From: an uncultured Clostridia bacterium
Lineage (GTDB): Bacteria > Bacillota > Clostridia > TANB77 > CAG-508
NCBI GenBank assembly: GCA_928721565.1
Contig: OV788638.1
Span: 68,229 to 132,228 of the forward strand
DNA length: 64,000 bases
Direction: 5' to 3'
This document shows positions 60,190 through 64,000 of the stretch, piece by piece. A program made the translations under genes and the position numbers. The notes under the pieces were generated by a model that was not told the origin of the DNA, did no database searches, and saw only the letters and a program-made list of their open reading frames with translations. How positions within the stretch are numbered: the first letter of the stretch is position 1; each line of letters starts with the position of its first letter.

Positions 60190-62023
60190 ATTTATTAAAT
60201 CCATATATTTCTTCAAGTTCATCTACTGTTCCATGTTGAATAAATTTATCTGGATATGCATAGGCTTTAAATTTTACATTTTGTAAGTTGTTATCCACAA
60301 TTAATTCCTTTACAGCTGTTGCAAGTCCATTTATTATTGTCCCATCTTCTATTGTGATAACCTTTTTAGTTTTTTGAATGCTTTTTATAATTGTTGTGCT
60401 ATCAAGTGGCTTTAAAAATCTTGCATTTATAACTTCCGCTTCTATGCCTTGCTCTTTTTTTAGTTGATTAGCTTTTTTTATCGCTCTTGCAACCATTTTT
60501 CCAATTGCAATTATAGTAACTGCATTATTATCTTGTGATTCTTTCAAAACTTCAGCTTTTCCCAGTTCTATTTTTTCATGTTTTTCAAATTTAATATTAT
60601 TGTCTTCTCTTCCTCTTGGATATCTTATAATAACCGGCTTTTTTAATTCAACTGCAAATTTTAGCATATTTTCTAATTCTTTAAAATCTTTTGGAGCCAT
60701 AATTGTCAAATTAGGTACTAATCTAAAAAATGCCATATCAAGAGTTCCTTGATGAGTTTCTCCGTCAGATCCAACAATTCCAGCTCTATCAACACACATA
60801 ACAACTGGGAGATTTTGCATTGCAACATCATGAATAACTTGATCATATGCCCTTTGATAAAAAGATGCATATATTGGTACAATCGGTATCATTCCCTCTT
60901 TGGCCATTCCTGCTGCCATTGTGATTGCATGTTGTTCCGCTATTCCGACATCAAAAATTTTATATGGAAATTCTTTTGCAAATTGAGCTAATCCTGTTCC
61001 ATTTTTCATAGATGCTGTCACTGCAACTATTTTGTCATTTTCCTTTGCAAGTTCTATCAATTTATCTCCTAGTACTTTTGAATAGTCTTTATTCTTTTTA
61101 TGTTTTGGTTCTCCTGTTTCAATATTAAATGGTGAAGTTGCATGAAATTTGTCTGGGTTGTCTTCAGCAAACTTATATCCTTTTCCTTTTTTGGTCAACA
61201 CATGTATCAACACAGGTCCATTTACTTGTTTACTCATATCTAAAATGCTTTCTAACTTTTCAATATTATGTCCATCAACTGGTCCTAAATATGTAAATCC
61301 GATATCTTCAAAAAACATTTTGTGTATAATCAACTGCTTAATACTTCTTTTTATTCTTTGAATAGCAGTTACTGCTGGCTTTCCTATTATCGGTATTGAA
61401 CTTATTTGTTTTTTCAATAATTTATTAGTTCTTGTATATAATTTTTTGGTTCTTAATTTTCCAAGAAATTTATTAAGTCCACCTATATTAGGTGAAATAC
61501 TCATTTCATTGTCATTTAAAATAACTGTCATCTTGCATTTACTATATCCTGCATCATTTAATGCCTCTAATGCCATACCACCAGTAAGTGCACCATCTCC
61601 AATAATTGCAATTACATTATTATCTCTTCCCTGTAGATCTCTAGCCCTGGCCATTCCAAGCCCTGCAGAAATTGATGTACTACTATGACCTGTATTAAAA
61701 CAATCAGCATCACTTTCATTAGTCTTAGGAAAACCAGCAATTCCATTTAACTTTCTGATATTTTTTAATTCTTCTCTTCTCCCAGTAATAATTTTATGTA
61801 CATAACTTTGGTGCCCAACATCCCAAATAATCTTGTCTTTTGGTACATTAAATACAGAATGCAGGGCAATTGTCAGCTCCACAACTCCAAGATTTGAAGC
61901 TAAATGCCCTCCATTTTCTGCTACAATATCTATAATATATCTTCTTATTTCTTCCGCTAATTTTTCTTTTTCATTTAGTGTTAATTTTTTTACATCTTTT
62001 GGTGAATTTATTTGTTCTATCAT
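60188..62023 (-). CDS. dxs: 1-deoxy-D-xylulose-5-phosphate synthase
   Basis: GGHLASNLGVVELTIALH, WDVGHQSYVHKI, IGDGALTGGMALEALN (TPP motif), AEQHAITMAAGMA. Start set at MIEQINSP (RBS AAGGAG at 62032..62037). The ORF-track extension MVNGQQGEEK runs toward the REP cluster. Confidence 0.9.
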   Translation of the reverse strand: MIEQINSPKDVKKLTLNEKEKLAEEIRRYIIDIVAENGGHLASNLGVVELTIALHSVFNVPKDKIIWDVGHQSYVHKIITGRREELKNIRKLNGIAGFPKTNESDADCFNTGHSSTSISAGLGMARARDLQGRDNNVIAIIGDGALTGGMALEALNDAGYSKCKMTVILNDNEMSISPNIGGLNKFLGKLRTKKLYTRTNKLLKKQISSIPIIGKPAVTAIQRIKRSIKQLIIHKMFFEDIGFTYLGPVDGHNIEKLESILDMSKQVNGPVLIHVLTKKGKGYKFAEDNPDKFHATSPFNIETGEPKHKKNKDYSKVLGDKLIELAKENDKIVAVTASMKNGTGLAQFAKEFPYKIFDVGIAEQHAITMAAGMAKEGMIPIVPIYASFYQRAYDQVIHDVAMQNLPVVMCVDRAGIVGSDGETHQGTLDMAFFRLVPNLTIMAPKDFKELENMLKFAVELKKPVIIRYPRGREDNNIKFEKHEKIELGKAEVLKESQDNNAVTIIAIGKMVARAIKKANQLKKEQGIEAEVINARFLKPLDSTTIIKSIQKTKKVITIEDGTIINGLATAVKELIVDNNLQNVKFKAYAYPDKFIQHGTVDELEEIYGFNK

Positions 62024-62047
62024 TTTTTCTTCTCCTTGCTGACCATT

Positions 62048-62140
62048 GACCATTTAGGACCGGTTCTCTGCTGAACACTTGCTCATTTGGGACCGGTTCT
62101 CTGAGGAACACTTGCTCATTTGGGACTGGTTCTCTGAGGA
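62048..62140 (+). repeat. REP-like cluster 13: 2 copies (+) plus one degenerate copy, 33-nt period
   Basis: Cores at 62057 (TAGGACC variant) and 62089. Degenerate GGGACTGGTTCT at 62122. The first core lies 34 nt upstream of the dxs ATG. Confidence 0.85.
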
Positions 62141-62192
62141 ACATGTGTCATGGTAAAATTAGTTTACCACGAAAATCTAGCATTTTCAAGTT

Positions 62193-63023
62193 TTAATTTA
62201 TATATATTGATGGATCTACATATTCTCCGTCTTTTAACATTTCAAAATGAAGATGGCATTCCATTTCACTTTCAAAAGCTGCTGTATTTCCTGCAGTTCC
62301 TATAGTTTGTCCTTGTTTTACTTCTTCTCCTTCAACAACAAACTCGGCTGTTAATAAGTTTGAATAAATTGTTTCATATCCATCATCATGTTCTATTATA
62401 ACTGTAAGTCCATATCTCGGATCATTAACTATTGAACGTACAATTCCATCTGCCGCAGCTTTTATTACACTTGTTTTATCTGCCTTTATATCTACTGCTG
62501 TATGTGTTATCCATTCTTTTAATGTTTCTGAGTATATTAAATTATCTTTTGCAAATTCACAAATTATTTCTCCTTCTACTGGTTTTACAAATGTAATCTC
62601 TTTTTTAGTTTCTACACCTTCAGCTTTATTATTGGATTCAGTTTTGGTATCTGATTCGTCTATTTGTTTATTTTCTTGTTTATTTTCTTGTTTATTTTTT
62701 TGTAGTTTTTTACTAGATTTTGTATTTGTATTTGTTTCTTTTGGAGTTACATTTGTAGTTTCATTTGTAGTTATATTAGCATTTGAATTTGTGTCTTTTT
62801 CAGCTTCTTCCACTGTTTTCCCTATTTCTGTACTAACATTTTCAGTATTTTCTTCTATTTGTTGTTCCTGAGCAATTTGCTCTGCATTATTTTCCAGCTT
62901 GGTTGCTTTCCTACTAAACATATACATGATAATTCCTAATGCTATTGCAAAAATAAAAAATATTACCGTTCCCATATATATATATATATTATTATCTTCT
63001 ATAAACCTTTTTCCTCTTCTCAT
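62193..63023 (-). CDS. M23/LytM-family metallopeptidase with N-terminal TM anchor (SpoIIQ-like by position downstream of spoIID)
   Basis: TM segment IYIYMGTVIFFIFAIALGIIMYMF, T/N/K/E-rich linker, and C-terminal LytM domain ...HTAVDIKAD...GLTVIIEHDDGYETIYSNL...GQTIGTAGNT...HLHFEM. The SpoIIQ assignment is by synteny only. Confidence 0.65.
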   Translation of the reverse strand: MRRGKRFIEDNNIYIYMGTVIFFIFAIALGIIMYMFSRKATKLENNAEQIAQEQQIEENTENVSTEIGKTVEEAEKDTNSNANITTNETTNVTPKETNTNTKSSKKLQKNKQENKQENKQIDESDTKTESNNKAEGVETKKEITFVKPVEGEIICEFAKDNLIYSETLKEWITHTAVDIKADKTSVIKAAADGIVRSIVNDPRYGLTVIIEHDDGYETIYSNLLTAEFVVEGEEVKQGQTIGTAGNTAAFESEMECHLHFEMLKDGEYVDPSIYIN

Positions 63024-63084
63024 AAAATCCTCCTTGATCTAAATTCTTAATACAAGTATTTACATTTTTTCAAAGATTATTCAT

Positions 63085-64000
63085 TTAAAGAGATTTTATT
63101 TCTGTTATTTCTACGTTTGTATAAAAGTGTTTAATTATTTCTTCATAGTTTGCTCCTGACTTTGCCATGCTATCTGCTCCTGTTTGACTCATTCCAACAC
63201 CATGACCGTAACCAGTGACAGAAAATGTAACTATGTCTCCATTTATTGAAAAAGTAAAATTAGTTGATTTTAACCCTAATATACTTCTTGCTTCTGTTCC
63301 GGCTATTTCTTTATTTCCAAATTTGATTGTTTTAACTCTTCCACTTGATGTATATTCTAGTATTTGTATACAATTTTCTTGTGAATAGTCTATTTCACAA
63401 TCTTGATATTTTTCTTTGAGCCTGTTTACCAAATCTTGCTTAGATATTTCTACTTGAGAAGTATATTGTTTGTATCCATCTTCTCCTGCTGTTTCTACTG
63501 ATTTTAAATATGGATAATCAATTCCTCCCCAAATATTTACTGAACTTTCTGTTACTCCTCCACTATTTGAATGAAAAAACGCATTTATCGGTTCACCATT
63601 ATATGTAACAATTTTTCCAGTTGTTGAATTTACTGCTTCTTCAATTTTATTCCAGTTACTTTCTGCTTCTTCTCCATTCCATTTTGAAATTCTATCTTCT
63701 TTACTTATCCATGCCTGACAACATGCATAATTGTCGCAAATATCCGCATTTTCATGTTTGTTAGAATTATGTCTCATTTGATAAATTGTATATGTTCTAG
63801 CAACTACTGCTTGGGCTTTTAATGCTTCTGTTTCATAATTTGCTGGCATTTCTGCTGATACTACTCCATATAAATATTCATCTAAATTTACTTCTTCTAT
63901 TTCTCCTGTTGTAGCATGTAATAACCTAATAGTTCTATTCTCCTGCTTCTCTTGCGTATTTTCCTCGGTTGATTCCATTGTCTGTAATTGCTCTTGTGAT
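63085..64000 (-). CDS. spoIID: Stage II sporulation protein D (SpoIID/LytB domain). The 5' end probably lies beyond the right window edge.
   Basis: EEYLYGVVSAEMP...EALKAQAVVARTY...CDNYACCQAW...NAFFHSNSGGVTES...GYGHGVGMSQTGA are canonical SpoIID motifs. The frame stays open upstream of the listed ATG to position 64000, and the expected N-terminal TM segment is missing. Confidence 0.85.
   Translation of the reverse strand, partial: SQEQLQTMESTEENTQEKQENRTIRLLHATTGEIEEVNLDEYLYGVVSAEMPANYETEALKAQAVVARTYTIYQMRHNSNKHENADICDNYACCQAWISKEDRISKWNGEEAESNWNKIEEAVNSTTGKIVTYNGEPINAFFHSNSGGVTESSVNIWGGIDYPYLKSVETAGEDGYKQYTSQVEISKQDLVNRLKEKYQDCEIDYSQENCIQILEYTSSGRVKTIKFGNKEIAGTEARSILGLKSTNFTFSINGDIVTFSVTGYGHGVGMSQTGADSMAKSGANYEEIIKHFYTNVEITEIKSL

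Overview
This is an AT-rich chromosomal segment that looks like an endospore-forming Firmicute (Clostridia-like). Most genes are on the minus strand.

Content, left to right:
1. 1..31272 (about 48% of the window) holds two tandem giant secreted or surface-protein genes. The first spans at least 3627 codons, is split by a one-nucleotide frame disruption at 3284, and runs off the left edge. The second is an intact 6634-codon ORF. Both are built from blocks of DUF285/BspA-type ~26-aa repeats and ~130-aa beta-sandwich-like modules. The second gene also has two LamG-like insertions and a 3678-bp near-perfect intragenic tandem duplication.
2. 31.6-35.6 kb holds four small or hypothetical genes, including a secreted protein with a SipW-type signal.
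3. A bifurcating-type [FeFe]-hydrogenase operon follows: hydC-hydB-(orf)-hydA.
4. Next is an IS200/Y1-transposase-like (RAYT-like) gene.
5. The rest is sporulation, envelope and housekeeping genes: yunB, a SipL/SpoVID-like LysM protein, a LiaG/LiaF-like pair, spoVG, murC, tRNA-Thr(CGU), DUF3592, DUF2207-LemA, a cadherin-like surface protein, a dockerin-bearing glucosaminidase, a U32 peptidase, dxs, an M23/SpoIIQ-like peptidase and spoIID. A decayed recombinase-relaxase chimera sits next to the tRNA.

The most unusual signal is non-coding. By eye I count at least 44 copies of a 12-nt core, GGGACCGGTTCT. Each sits inside a ~31-nt imperfect palindrome (for example TGTTCATTAGGGACCGGTTCTTAAATGAACA). 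The copies form 13 intergenic clusters with quantised 33-nt or ~44-nt spacing. The RAYT-like gene is bracketed by inverted clusters of exactly this element. That is the signature of a REP/REPIN-RAYT system, here in a low-GC Gram-positive background and sitting inside the hydrogenase operon. All coordinates and counts were made by eye from the sequence and ORF track.
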